NCBI GenBank assembly: GCA_964016885.1
Contig: OZ024743.1
Location: 337,776,001 to 337,840,000 of the forward strand
Length of the DNA: 64,000 nt
Reading direction: 5' to 3'
Source of the DNA: Eledone cirrhosa
Lineage: Eukaryota
Both the position numbers and the translations under genes were made by a program. This document shows positions 39,401 through 54,400 of the stretch, one piece after another; the first letter of the stretch is position 1, and each line of letters begins with the position of its first letter. The notes below the pieces were generated by a model. It saw only the letters and a program-made list of their open reading frames with translations. It did not search any database and had not been told where the DNA came from.

Positions 39401-42400
39401 ATTCTGTCTATTAAGTAGTTGAGGATGTAGATGAAACAGTAATATACTCTGCCTGGTTATTCTGTCTATTAAGTAGTTGAGGAGGTAGATGTAACAGTAA
39501 TATACTCTGGCTGGTTATTCTGTCTATTAAGTAGTTGAGGAGGTAGATGAAACAGTAATATACTCTGCCTGGTTATTCTGTCTCTTAAGTAGTTGAGGAG
39601 GTAGATGAAACAGTAATATACTCTGGCTGGTTATTCTGTCCATGAAGTAGTTGAGGAGGTAGATGAAACAGTAATATACTCTGGCTGGTTATTCTGTCTA
39701 TTAAGTAGTTGAGGAGGTAGATGAAACAGTAATATACTCTGCCTTGTTATTCTGTCTATTAAGTAGTTGAGGAGGTAGATGAAACAGTAATATACTCTGG
39801 CTGGTTATTCTGTCTATTAAGTAGTTGAGGAGGTAGATGAAACAGTAATATACTCTGGCTGGTTATTCTGTCTATTAAGTAGTTGAGGAGGTAGATGTAA
39901 TAGTAATATACTCTGGCTGGTTATTCTGTCTATTAAATAGTTGAGGAGGTAGATGAAACAGTAATATACTCTGGCTGGTTATTCTGTCTATTATGTAGTT
40001 GAGGAGGTAGATGAAACAGTAATATACTCTGGCTGGTTATTCTGTCTATTAAGTAGTTGAGGAGGTAGATGAAACAGTAATATACTCTGGCTGGTTATTC
40101 TGTCTATTAAGTAGTTGAGGAGGTAGATGTAATAGTAATATACTCTGGCTGGTTATTCTGTCTATTAAATAGTTGAGGAGGTAGATGAAACAGTAATATA
40201 CTCTGGCTGGTTATTCTGTCTACTATGTAGTTGAGGAGGTAGATGAAACAGTAATATACTCTGGCTGGTTATTCTGTCTATTAAGTAGTTGAGGAGGTAG
40301 ATGAAACAGTAATATACTCTGGCTGGTTATTCTGTCTATTATGTAGTTGAGGAGGTAGATGAAACAGTAATATACTCTGGCTGGTTATTCTGTCTATTAA
40401 GTAGTTGAGGAGGTAGATGAAACAGTAATATACTCTGGCTGGTTATTCTGTCTATTAAGTAGTTGAGGAGGTAGATGAAACAGTAATATACTCTGGCTGG
40501 TTATTCTGTCTATTAAGTAGCTGAGGAGGTAGATGTAACAGTAATATACTCTGGCTGGTTATTCTGTTTATTAAGTAGTTGAGGAGGTAGATGAAACAGT
40601 AATATACTCTGGCTGGTTATTCTGTCCATGAAGTAGTTGAGGAGGTAGATGAAACAGTAATATACTCTGGCTGGTTATTCTGTCTATTAAGTAGTTGAGG
40701 AGGTAGATGAAACAGTAATATACTCTGGCTGGTTATTATGTCCATGAAGTAGTTGAGGAGCTAGATGTAACAGTAATATACTCTGGCTGGTTATTCTGTG
40801 TATTAAGTAGTTGAGGAGGTAGATGTAACAGTAATATACACTGGCTGGTTATTCTGTCTATTAAGTAGTTGAGGAGGTAGATGAAACAGTAATATACTCT
40901 GGCTGGTTATTATGTCCATGAAGTAGTTGAGGAGGTAGATGAAACAGTAATATACTCTGGCTGGTTATTCTGTCTATTAAGTAGTTGAGGATGTAGATGT
41001 AACAGTAATATACTCTGGCTGGTTATTCTGTCCATGAAGTAGTTGAGGAGGTAGATGAAACAGTAATATACTCTGGCTGGTTATTCTGTCTATTAAGTAG
41101 TTGAGGAGGTAGATGTAACAGTAATATACTCTGGCTGGTTATTCTGTCTATTAAGTAGTTGAGGAGGTAGATGTAACAGTAATATACTCTGTCTGGTTAT
41201 TCTGTCTATTAAGTAGTTGAGGAGGTAGATGTAACAGTAATATACTCTGGCTGGTTATTCTGTCTATTAAGTATTTGAGGAGGTAGATGTAACAGTAATA
41301 TACTCTGGCTGGTTATTCTGTCTATTAAGTAGTTGAGGAGGTAGATGTAACAGTAATATACTCTGGCTGGTTATTCTGTCTATTAAGTAGTTGAGGATGT
41401 AGATGAAACAGTAATATACTCTGCCTGGTTATTCTGTCTATTAAGTAGTTGAGGAGGTAGATGTAACAGTAATATACTCTGGCTGGTTATTCTGTCTATT
41501 AAGTAGTTGAGGAGGTAGATGAAACAGTAATATACTCTGCCTGGTTATTCTGTCTCTTAAGTAGTTGAGGAGGTAGATGAAACAGTAATATACTCTGGCT
41601 GGTTATTCTGTCCATGAAGTAGTTGAGGAGGTAGATGAAACAGTAATATACTCTGGCTGGTTATTCTGTCTATTAAGTAGTTGAGGAGGTAGATGAAACA
41701 GTAATATACTCTGCCTTGTTATTCTGTCTATTAAGTAGTTGAGGAGGTAGATGAAACAGTAATATACTCTGGCTGGTTATTCTGTCTATTAAGTAGTTGA
41801 GGAGGTAGATGAAACAGTAATATACTCTGGCTGGTTATTCTGTCTATTAAGTAGTTGAGGAGGTAGATGTAATAGTAATATACTCTGGCTGGTTATTCTG
41901 TCTATTAAATAGTTGAGGAGGTAGATGAAACAGTAATATACTCTGGCTGGTTATTCTGTCTATTATGTAGTTGAGGAGGTAGATGAAACAGTAATATACT
42001 CTGGCTGGTTATTCTGTCTATTAAGTAGTTGAGGAGGTAGATGAAACAGTAATATACTCTGGCTGGTTATTCTGTCTATTAAGTAGTTGAGGAGGTAGAT
42101 GAAACAGTAATATACTCTGGCTGGTTATTCTGTCTATTAAGTAGCTGAGGAGGTAGATGTAACAGTAATATACTCTGGCTGGTTATTCTGTCTATTAAGT
42201 AGTTGAGGAGGTAGATGAAACAGTAATATACTCTGGCTGGTTATTCTGTCCATGAAGTAGTTGAAGAGGTAGATGAAACAGTAATATACTCTGGCTGGTT
42301 ATTCTGTCTATTAAGTAGTTGAGGAGGTAGATGAGACAGTAATATACTCTGGCTGGTTATTCTGTCTATTAAGTAGTTGAGGAGGTAGATGAAACAGTAA

Positions 42401-44329
42401 TATACTCTGGCTGGTTATTCTGTCTATTAAGTAGTTGAGGAGGTAGATGAAACAGTAATATACTCTGGCTGGTTATTCTGTCTATTAAGTAGTTGAGGAG
42501 GTAGATGTAATAGTAATATACTCTGGCTGGTTATTCTGTCTATTAAATAGTTGAGGAGGTAGATGAAACAGTAATATACTCTGGCTGGTTATTCTGTCTA
42601 TTATGTAGTTGAGGAGGTAGATGAAACAGTAATATACTCTGGCTGGTTATTCTGTCTATTAAGTAGTTGAGGAGGTAGATGAAACAGTAATATACTCTGG
42701 CTGGTTATTCTGTCTATTAAGTAGCTGAGGAGGTAGATGTAACAGTAATATACTCTGGCTTGTTATTCTGTCTATTAAGTAGTTGAGGAGGTAGATGAAA
42801 CAGTAATATACTCTGGCTGGTTATTCTGTCCATGAAGTAGTTGAGGAGGTAGATGAAACAGTAATATACTCTGGCTGGTTATTCTGTCTATTAAGTAGTT
42901 GAGGAGGTAGATGAAACAGTAATATACTCTGGCTGGTTATTATGTCCATGAAGTAGTTGAGGAGCTAGATGTAACAGTAATATACTCTGGCTGGTTATTC
43001 TGTGTATTAAGTAGTTGAGGAGGTAGATGTAACAGTAATATACTCTGGCTGGTTATTCTGTCTATTAAGTAGTTGAGGAGGTAGATGAAACAGTAATATA
43101 CTCTGGCTGGTTATTATGTCCATGAAGTAGTTGAGGAGGTAGATGAAACAGTAATATACTCTGGCTGGTTATTCTGTCTATTAAGTAGTTGAGGATGTAG
43201 ATGTAACAGTAATATACTCTGGCTGGTTATTCTGTCCATGAAGTAGTTGAGGAGGTAGATGAAACAGTAATATACTCTGGCTGGTTATTCTGTCTATTAA
43301 GTAGTTGAGGAGGTAGATGTAACAGTAATATACTCTGGCTGGTTATTCTGTCTATTAAGTAGTTGAGGAGGTAGATGTAACAGTAATATACTCTGTCTGG
43401 TTATTATGTCTATTAAGTAGTTGAGGAGGTAGATGTAACAGTAATATACTCTGGCTGGTTATTCTGTCTATTAAGTATTTGAGGAGGTAGATGTAACAGT
43501 AATATACTCTGGCTGGTTATTCTGTCTATTAAGTAGTTGAGGAGGTAGATGTAACAGTAATATACTCTGGCTGGTTATTCTGTCTATTAAGTAGTTGAGG
43601 ATGTAGATGAAACAGTAATATACTCTGCCTGGTTATTCTGTCTATTAAGTAGTTGAGGAGGTAGATGTAACAGTAATATACTCTGGCTGGTTATTCTGTC
43701 TATTAAGTAGTTGAGGAGGTAGATGAAACAGTAATATACTCTGCCTGGTTATTCTGTCTCTTAAGTAGTTGAGGAGGTAGATGAAACAGTAATATACTCT
43801 GGCTGGTTATTCTGTCCATGAAGTAGTTGAGGAGGTAGATGAAACAGTAATATACTCTGGCTGGTTATTCTGTCTATTAAGTAGTTGAGGAGGGAGATGA
43901 AACAGTAATATACTCTGCCTTGTTATTCTGTCTATTAAGTAGTTGAGGAGGTAGATGAAACAGTAATATACTCTGGCTGGTTATTCTGTCTATTAAGTAG
44001 TTGAGGAGGTAGATGAAACAGTAATATACTCTGGCTGGTTATTCTGTCTATTAAGTAGTTGAGGAGGTAGATGTAATAGTAATATACTCTGGCTGGTTAT
44101 TCTGTCTATTAAATAGTTGAGGAGGTAGATGAAACAGTAATATACTCTGGCTGGTTATTCTGTCTATTATGTAGTTGAGGAGGTAGATGAAACAGTAATA
44201 TACTCTGGCTGGTTATTCTGTCTATTAAGTAGTTGAGGAGGTAGATGAAACAGTAATATACTCTGGCTGGTTATTCTGTCTATTAAGTAGCTGAGGAGGT
44301 AGATGTAACAGTAATATACTCTGGCTGGT

Positions 44330-47300
44330 TATTCTGTCTATTAAGTAGTTGAGGAGGTAGATGAAACAGTAATATACTCTGGCTGGTTATTCTGTCCATG
44401 AAGTAGTTGAAGAGGTAGATGAAACAGTAATATACTCTGGCTGGTTATTCTGTCTATTAAGTAGTTGAGGAGGTAGATGAGACAGTAATATACTCTGGCT
44501 GGTTATTATGTCCATGAAGTAGTTGAGGAGCTAGATGTAACAGTAATATACTCTGGCTGGTTATTCTGTCTATTAAGTAGTTGAGGAGGTAGATGTAACA
44601 GTAATATACTCTGGCTGGTTATTCTGTCTATTATGTAGTTGAGGAGGTAGATGAAACAGTAATATACTCTGGCTGGTTATTCTGTCTATTAAGTAGTTGA
44701 GGAGGTAGATGAAACAGTAATATACTCTGGCTGGTTATTCTGTCTATTAAGTAGTTGAGGAGGTAGATGAAACAGTAATATACTCTGCCTTGTTATTCTG
44801 TCTATTAAGTAGTTGAGGAGGTAGATGAAACAGTAATATACTCTGGCTGGTTATTCTGTCTATTAAGTAGTTGAGGAGGTAGATGAAACAGTAATAAACT
44901 CTGGCTGGTTATTCTGTCTATTAAGTAGATGAGGAGGTAGATGAAACAGTAATATACTCTGGCTGGTTATTCTGTCTATGATCTAGATGAGGAGTTAGAT
45001 GAAACAGTAATATACTCTGGCTGGTTATTCTGTCTATTAAGTAGTTGAGGAGGTAGATGAAACAGTAATATACTCTGGCTTGTTATTCTGTCTATGATCT
45101 AGATGAGGAGGTAGATGAAACAGTAATATACTCTGGCTGGTTATTCTGTCTATTAAGTAGTTGAGGAGGTAGATGAAACAGTAATATACTCTGGCTGGTT
45201 ATTCTGTCTATGATCTAGATGTGGAGGTAGATGAAACAGTAATATACTCTGGCTGGTTAATATGTCTATTAAGTAGTTGAGGAGGTAGATGAAACAGTAA
45301 TATACTCTGGCTGGTTATTCTGTCTATTAAGTAGTTGAGGAAATAGATGAAACAGTAATATACTCTGGCTGGTTATTCTGTCTATGATCTAGATGAGGAT
45401 GTAGATGAAACAGTAATATACTCTGGCTGGTTATTCTGTCTATTAAGTAGTTGAGGAGGTAGATGAAACAGTAATATACTCTGGCTGGTTATTCTGTCTA
45501 TTAAGTAGTTGAGGAGGTAGATGAAACAGTAATATACTCTGGCTGGTTATTCTGTCTATGATCTAGATGAGGATGTAGATGAAACAGTAATATACTCTGG
45601 CTGGTTATTCTGTCTATTAAGTAGTTGAGGAGGTAGATGTAATAGTAATATACTCTGGCTGGTTATTCTGTCTATTAAATAGTTGAGGAGGTAGATGAAA
45701 CAGTAATATACTCTGGCTGGTTATTCTGTCTATTATGTAGTTGAGGAGGTAGATGAAACAGTAATATACTCTGGCTGGTTATTCTGTCTATTAAGTAGTT
45801 GAGGAGGTAGATGAAACAGTAATATACTCTGGCTGGTTATTCTGTCTATTAAGTAGTTGAGGAGGTAGATGTAATATTAATATACTCTGGCTGGTTATTC
45901 TGTCTATTAAATAGTTGAGGAGGTAGATGAAACAGTAATATACTCTGGCTGGTTATTCTGTCTATTATGTAGTTGAGGAGGTAGATGAAACAGTAATATA
46001 CTCTGGCTGGTTATTCTGTCTATTAAGTAGTTGAGGAGGTAGATGAAACAGTAATATACTCTGGCTGGTTATTCTGTCTATTATGTAGTTGAGGAGGTAG
46101 ATGAAACAGTAATATACTCTGGCTGGTTATTCTGTCTATTAAGTAGTTGAGGAGGTAGATGAAACAGTAATATACTCTGGCTGGTTATTCTGTCTATTAA
46201 GTAGTTGAGGAGGTAGATGAAACAGTAATATACTCTGGCTGGTTATTCTGTCTATTAAGTAGCTGAGGAGGTAGATGTAACAGTAATATACTCTGGCTGG
46301 TTATTCTGTCTATTAAGTAGTTGAGGAGGTAGATGAGACAGTAATATACTCTGGCTGGTTATTCTGTCTATTAAGTAGTTGAGGAGGTAGATGAAACAGT
46401 AATATACTCTGGCTGGTTATTCTGTCCATGAAGTAGTTGAAGAGGTAGATGAAACAGTAATATACTCTGGCTGGTTATTCTGTCTATTAAGTAGTTGAGG
46501 AGGTAGATGAGACAGTAATATACTCTGGCTGGTTATTATGTCCATGAAGTAGTTGAGGAGCTAGATGTAACAGTAATATACTCTGGCTGGTTATTCTGTC
46601 TATTAAGTAGTTGAGGAGGTAGATGTAACAGTAATATACTCTGGCTGGTTATTCTGTCTATTATGTAGTTGAGGAGGTAGATGAAACAGTAATATACTCT
46701 GGCTGGTTATTCTGTCTATTAAGTAGTTGAGGAGGTAGATGAAACAGTAATATACTCTGGCTGGTTATTCTGTCTATTAAGTAGTTGAGGAGGTAGATGA
46801 AACAGTAATATACTCTGCCTTGTTATTCTGTCTATTAAGTAGTTGAGGAGGTAGATGAAACAGTAATATACTCTGGCTGGTTATTCTGTCTATTAAGTAG
46901 TTGAGGAGGTAGATGAAACAGTAATAAACTCTGGCTGGTTATTCTGTCTATTAAGTAGATGAGGAGGTAGATGAAACAGTAATATACTCTGGCTGGTTAT
47001 TCTGTCTATGATCTAGATGAGGAGTTAGATGAAACAGTAATATACTCTGGCTGGTTATTCTGTCTATTAAGTAGTTGAGGAGGTAGATGAAACAGTAATA
47101 TACTCTGGCTTGTTATTCTGTCTATGATCTAGATGAGGAGGTAGATGAAACAGTAATATACTCTGGCTGGTTATTCTGTCTATTAAGTAGTTGAGGAGGT
47201 AGATGAAACAGTAATATACTCTGGCTGGTTATTCTGTCTATGATCTAGATGAGGAGGTAGATGAAACAGTAATATACTCTGGCTGGTTAATATGTCTATT

Positions 47301-48390
47301 AAGTAGTTGAGGAGGTAGATGAAACAGTAATATACTCTGGCTGGTTATTCTGTCTATTAAGTAGTTGAGGAAATAGATGAAACAGTAATATACTCTGGCT
47401 GGTTATTCTGTCTATGATCTAGATGAGGATGTAGATGAAACAGTAATATACTCTGGCTGGTTATTCTGTCTATTAAGTAGTTGAGGAGGTAGATGAAACA
47501 GTAATATACTCTGGCTGGTTATTCTGTCTATTAAGTAGTTGAGGAGGTAGATGAAACAGTAATATACTCTGGCTGGTTATTCTGTCTATGATCTAGATGA
47601 GGATGTAGATGAAACAGTAATATACTCTGGCTGGTTATTCTGTCTATTAAGTAGTTGAGGAGGTAGATGTAATAGTAATATACTCTGGCTGGTTATTCTG
47701 TCTATTAAATAGTTGAGGAGGTAGATGAAACAGTAATATACTCTGGCTGGTTATTCTGTCTATTATGTAGTTGAGGAGGTAGATGAAACAGTAATATACT
47801 CTGGCTGGTTATTCTGTCTATTAAGTAGTTGAGGAGGTAGATGAAACAGTAATATACTCTGGCTGGTTATTCTGTCTATTAAGTAGTTGAGGAGGTAGAT
47901 GTAATATTAATATACTCTGGCTGGTTATTCTGTCTATTAAATAGTTGAGGAGGTAGATGAAACAGTAATATACTCTGGCTGGTTATTCTGTCTATTATGT
48001 AGTTGAGGAGGTAGATGAAACAGTAATATACTCTGGCTGGTTATTCTGTCTATTAAGTAGTTGAGGAGGTAGATGAAACAGTAATATACTCTGGCTGGTT
48101 ATTCTGTCTATTATGTAGTTGAGGAGGTAGATGAAACAGTAATATACTCTGGCTGGTTATTCTGTCTATTAAGTAGTTGAGGAGGTAGATGAAACAGTAA
48201 TATACTCTGGCTGGTTATTCTGTCTATTAAGTAGTTGAGGAGGTAGATGAAACAGTAATATACTCTGGCTGGTTATTCTGTCTATTAAGTAGCTGAGGAG
48301 GTAGATGTAACAGTAATATACTCTGGCTGGTTATTCTGTCTATTAAGTAGTTGAGGAGGTAGATGAAACAGTAATATACTCTGGCTGGTT
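44330..48390. repeat. Tandem duplication of a 35-monomer (2030-bp) block
   Basis: AGAGGTAGAT 44411/46441, GTAATAAACT 44891/46921, GGCTGGTTAA 45251/47281, AAATAGATGA 45341/47371 and GTAATATTAA 45871/47901; offset 2030=35x58. Confidence 0.9.
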
Positions 48391-48449
48391 ATTCTGTCCA
48401 TGAAGTAGTTGAGGAGGTAGATGAAACAGTAATATACTCTGGCTGGTTA

Positions 48450-51400
48450 TTCTGTCTATTAAGTAGTTGAGGAGGTAGATGAAACAGTAATATACTCTGG
48501 CTGGTTATTATGTCCATGAAGTAGTTGAGGAGCTAGATGTAACAGTAATATACTCTGGCTGGTTATTCTGTGTATTAAGTAGTTGAGGAGGTAGATGTAA
48601 CAGTAATATACTCTGGCTGGTTATTCTGTCTATTAAGTAGTTGAGGAGGTAGATGAAACAGTAATATACTCTGGCTGGTTATTATGTCCATGAAGTAGTT
48701 GAGGAGGTAGATGAAACAGTAATATACTCTGGCTGGTTATTCTGTCTATTAAGTAGTTGAGGATGTAGATGTAACAGTAATATACTCTGGCTGGTTATTC
48801 TGTCCATGAAGTAGTTGAGGAGGTAGATGAAACAGTAATATACTCTGGCTGGTTATTCTGTCTATTAAGTAGTTGAGGAGGTAGATGTAACAGTAATATA
48901 CTCTGGCTGGTTATTCTGTCTATTAAGTAGTTGAGGAGGTAGATGTAACAGTAATATACTCTGTCTGGTTATTCTGTCTATTAAGTAGTTGAGGAGGTAG
49001 ATGTAACAGTAATATACTCTGGCTGGTTATTCTGTCTATTAAGTATTTGAGGAGGTAGATGTAACAGTAATATACTCTGGCTGGTTATTCTGTCTATTAA
49101 GTAGTTGAGGAGGTAGATGTAACAGTAATATACTCTGGCTGGTTATTCTGTCTATTAAGTAGTTGAGGATGTAGATGAAACAGTAATATACTCTGCCTAG
49201 TTATTCTGTCTATTAAGTAGTTGAGGAGGTAGATGTAACAGTAATATACTCTGGCTGGTTATTCTGTCTATTAAGTAGTTGAGGAGGTAGATGAAACAGT
49301 AATATACTCTGCCTGGTTATTCTGTCTCTTAAGTAGTTGAGGAGGTAGATGAAACAGTAATATACTCTGGCTGGTTATTCTGTCCATGAAGTAGTTGAGG
49401 AGGTAGATGAAACAGTAATATACTCTGGCTGGTTATTCTGTCTATTAAGTAGTTGAGGAGGTAGATGAAACAGTAATATACTCTGCCTTGTTATTCTGTC
49501 TATTAAGTAGTTGAGGAGGTAGATGAAACAGTAATATACTCTGGCTGGTTATTCTGTCTATTAAGTAGTTGAGGAGGTAGATGAAACAGTAATATACTCT
49601 GGCTGGTTATTCTGTCTATTAAGTAGTTGAGGAGGTAGATGTAATAGTAATATACTCTGGCTGGTTATTCTGTCTATTAAATAGTTGAGGAGATAGATGA
49701 AACAGTAATATACTCTGGCTGGTTATTCTGTCTATTATGTAGTTGAGGAGGTAGATGAAACAGTAATATACTCTGGCTGGTTATTCTGTCTATTAAGTAG
49801 TTGAGAAGGTAGATGAAACAGTAATATACTCTGGCTGGTTATTCTGTCTATTAAGTAGTTGAGGAGGTAGATGAAACAGTAATATACTCTGGCTGGTTAT
49901 TCTGTCTATTAAGTAGCTGAGGAGGTAGATGTAACAGTAATATACTCTGGCTGGTTATTCTGTCTATTAAGTAGTTGAGGAGGTAGATGAAACAGTAATA
50001 TACTCTGGCTGGTTATTCTGTCCATGAAGTAGTTGAAGAGGTAGATGAAACAGTAATATACTCTGGCTGGTTATTCTGTCTATTAAGTAGTTGAGGAGGT
50101 AGATGAGACAGTAATATACTCTGGCTGGTTATTCTGTCTATTAAGTAGTTGAGGAGGTAGATGAAACAGTAATATACTCTGGCTGGTTATTCTGTCTATT
50201 AAGTAGTTGAGGAGGTAGATGAAACAGTAATATACTCTGGCTGGTTATTCTGTCTATTAAGTAGTTGAGGAGGTAGATGTAATAGTAATATACTCTGGCT
50301 GGTTATTCTGTCTATTAAATAGTTGAGGAGGTAGATGAAACAGTAATATACTCTGGCTGGTTATTCTGTCTATTATGTAGTTGAGGAGGTAGATGAAACA
50401 GTAATATACTCTGGCTGGTTATTCTGTCTATTAAGTAGTTGAGGAGGTAGATGAAACAGTAATATACTCTGGCTGGTTATTCTGTCTATTAAGTAGTTGA
50501 GGAGGTAGATGTAATAGTAATATACTCTGGCTGGTTATTCTGTCTATTAAATAGTTGAGGAGGTAGATGAAACAGTAATATACTCTGGCTGGTTATTCTG
50601 TCTATTATGTAGTTGAGGAGGTAGATGAAACAGTAATATACTCTGGCTGGTTATTCTGTCTATTAAGTAGTTGAGGAGGTAGATGAAACAGTAATATACT
50701 CTGGCTGGTTATTCTGTCTATTATGTAGTTGAGGAGGTAGATGAAACAGTAATATACTCTGGCTGGTTATTCTGTCTATTAAGTAGTTGAGGAGCTAGAT
50801 GAAACAGTAATATACTCTGGCTGGTTATTCTGTCTATTAAGTAGTTGAGGAGGTAGATGAAACAGTAATATACTCTGGCTGGTTATTCTGTCTGTTAAGT
50901 AGCTGAGGAGGTAGATGTAACAGTAATATACTCTGGCTTGTTATTCTGTCTATTAAGTAGTTGAGGAGGTAGATGAAACAGTAATATACTCTGGCTGGTT
51001 ATTCTGTCCATGAAGTAGTTGAGGAGGTAGATGAAACAGTAATATACTCTGGCTGGTTATTCTGTCTATTAAGTAGTTGAGGAGGTAGATGAAACAGTAA
51101 TATACTCTGGCTGGTTATTATGTCCATGAAGTAGTTGAGGAGCTAGATGTAACAGTAATATACTCTGGCTGGTTATTCTGTGTATTAAGTAGTTGAGGAG
51201 GTAGATGTAACAGTAATATACTCTGGCTGGTTATTCTGTCTATTAAGTAGTTGAGGAGGTAGATGAAACAGTAATATACTCTGGCTGGTTATTATGTCCA
51301 TGAAGTAGTTGAGGAGGTAGATGAAACAGTAATATACTCTGGCTGGTTATTCTGTCTATTAAGTAGTTGAGGATGTAGATGTAACAGTAATATACTCTGG

Positions 51401-54400
51401 CTGGTTATTCTGTCCATGAAGTAGTTGAGGAGGTAGATGAAACAGTAATATACTCTGGCTGGTTATTCTGTCTATTAAGTAGTTGAGGAGGTAGATGTAA
51501 CAGTAATATACTCTGCCTGGTTATTCTGTCTATTAAGTAGTTGAGGAGGTAGATGTAACAGTAATATACTCTGTCTGGTTATTCTGTCTATTAAGTAGTT
51601 GAGGAGGTAGATGTAACAGTAATATACTCTGGCTGGTTATTCTGTCTATTAAGTATTTGAGGAGGTAGATGTAACAGTAATATACTCTGGCTGGTTATTC
51701 TGTCTATTAAGTAGTTGAGGAGGTAGATGTAACAGTAATATACTCTGGCTGGTTATTCTGTCTATTAAGTAGTTGAGGATGTAGATGAAACAGTAATATA
51801 CTCTGCCTGGTTATTCTGTCTATTAAGTAGTTGAGGAGGTAGATGTAACAGTAATATACTCTGGCTGGTTATTCTGTCTATTAAGTAGTTGAGGAGGTAG
51901 ATGAAACAGTAATATACTCTGCCTGGTTATTCTGTCTCTTAAGTAGTTGAGGAGGTAGATGAAACAGTAATATACTCTGGCTGGTTATTCTGTCCATGAA
52001 GTAGTTGAGGAGGTAGATGAAACAGTAATATACTCTGGCTGGTTATTCTGTCTATTAAGTAGTTGAGGAGGTAGATGAAACAGTAATATACTCTGGCTGG
52101 TTATTATGTCCATGAAGTAGTTGAGGAGCTAGATGTAACAGTAATATACTCTGGCTGGTTATTCTGTGTATTAAGTAGTTGAGGAGGTAGATGTAACAGT
52201 AATATACTCTGGCTGGTTATTCTGTCTATTAAGTAGTTGAGGAGGTAGATGAAACAGTAATATACTCTGGCTGGTTATTATGTCCATGAAGTAGTTGAGG
52301 AGGTAGATGAAACAGTAATATACTCTGGCTGGTTATTCTGTCTATTAAGTAGTTGAGGATGTAGATGTAACAGTAATATACTCTGGCTGGTTATTCTGTC
52401 CATGAAGTAGTTGAGGAGGTAGATGAAACAGTAATATACTCTGGCTGGTTATTCTGTCTATTAAGTAGTTGAGGAGGTAGATGTAACAGTAATATACTCT
52501 GGCTGGTTATTCTGTCTATTAAGTAGTTGAGGAGGTAGATGTAACAGTAATATACTCTGTCTGGTTATTCTGTCTATTAAGTAGTTGAGGAGGTAGATGT
52601 AACAGTAATATACTCTGGCTGGTTATTCTGTCTATTAAGTATTTGAGGAGGTAGATGTAACAGTAATATACTCTGGCTGGTTATTCTGTCTATTAAGTAG
52701 TTGAGGAGGTAGATGTAACAGTAATATACTCTGGCTGGTTATTCTGTCTATTAAGTAGTTGAGGATGTAGATGAAACAGTAATATACTCTGCCTGGTTAT
52801 TCTGTCTATTAAGTAGTTGAGGAGGTAGATGTAACAGTAATATACTCTGGCTGGTTATTCTGTCTATTAAGTAGTTGAGGAGGTAGATGAAACAGTAATA
52901 TACTCTGCCTGGTTATTCTGTCTCTTAAGTAGTTGAGGAGGTAGATGAAACAGTAATATACTCTGGCTGGTTATTCTGTCCATGAAGTAGTTGAGGAGGT
53001 AGATGAAACAGTAATATACTCTGGCTGGTTATTCTGTCTATTAAGTAGTTGAGGAGGTAGATGAAACAGTAATATACTCTGCCTTGTTATTCTGTCTATT
53101 AAGTAGTTGAGGAGGTAGATGAAACAGTAATATACTCTGGCTGGTTATTCTGTCTATTAAGTAGTTGAGGAGGTAGATGAAACAGTAATATACTCTGGCT
53201 GGTTATTCTGTCTATTAAGTAGTTGAGGAGGTAGATGTAATAGTAATATACTCTGGCTGGTTATTCTGTCTATTAAATAGTTGAGGAGATAGATGAAACA
53301 GTAATATACTCTGGCTGGTTATTCTGTCTATTATGTAGTTGAGGAGGTAGATGAAACAGTAATATACTCTGGCTGGTTATTCTGTCTATTAAGTAGTTGA
53401 GAAGGTAGATGAAACAGTAATATACTCTGGCTGGTTATTCTGTCTATTAAGTAGTTGAGGAGGTAGATGAAACAGTAATATACTCTGGCTGGTTATTCTG
53501 TCTATTAAGTAGCTGAGGAGGTAGATGTAACAGTAATATACTCTGGCTGGTTATTCTGTCTATTAAGTAGTTGAGGAGGTAGATGAAACAGTAATATACT
53601 CTGGCTGGTTATTCTGTCCATGAAGTAGTTGAAGAGGTAGATGAAACAGTAATATACTCTGGCTGGTTATTCTGTCTATTAAGTAGTTGAGGAGGTAGAT
53701 GAGACAGTAATATACTCTGGCTGGTTATTCTGTCTATTAAGTAGTTGAGGAGGTAGATGAAACAGTAATATACTCTGGCTGGTTATTCTGTCTATTAAGT
53801 AGTTGAGGAGGTAGATGAAACAGTAATATACTCTGGCTGGTTATTCTGTCTATTAAGTAGTTGAGGAGGTAGATGTAATAGTAATATACTCTGGCTGGTT
53901 ATTCTGTCTATTAAATAGTTGAGGAGGTAGATGAAACAGTAATATACTCTGGCTGGTTATTCTGTCTATTATGTAGTTGAGGAGGTAGATGAAACAGTAA
54001 TATACTCTGGCTGGTTATTCTGTCTATTAAGTAGTTGAGGAGGTAGATGAAACAGTAATATACTCTGGCTGGTTATTCTGTCTATTAAGTAGTTGAGGAG
54101 GTAGATGTAATAGTAATATACTCTGGCTGGTTATTCTGTCTATTAAATAGTTGAGGAGGTAGATGAAACAGTAATATACTCTGGCTGGTTATTCTGTCTA
54201 TTATGTAGTTGAGGAGGTAGATGAAACAGTAATATACTCTGGCTGGTTATTCTGTCTATTAAGTAGTTGAGGAGGTAGATGAAACAGTAATATACTCTGG
54301 CTGGTTATTCTGTCTATTATGTAGTTGAGGAGGTAGATGAAACAGTAATATACTCTGGCTGGTTATTCTGTCTATTAAGTAGTTGAGGAGCTAGATGAAA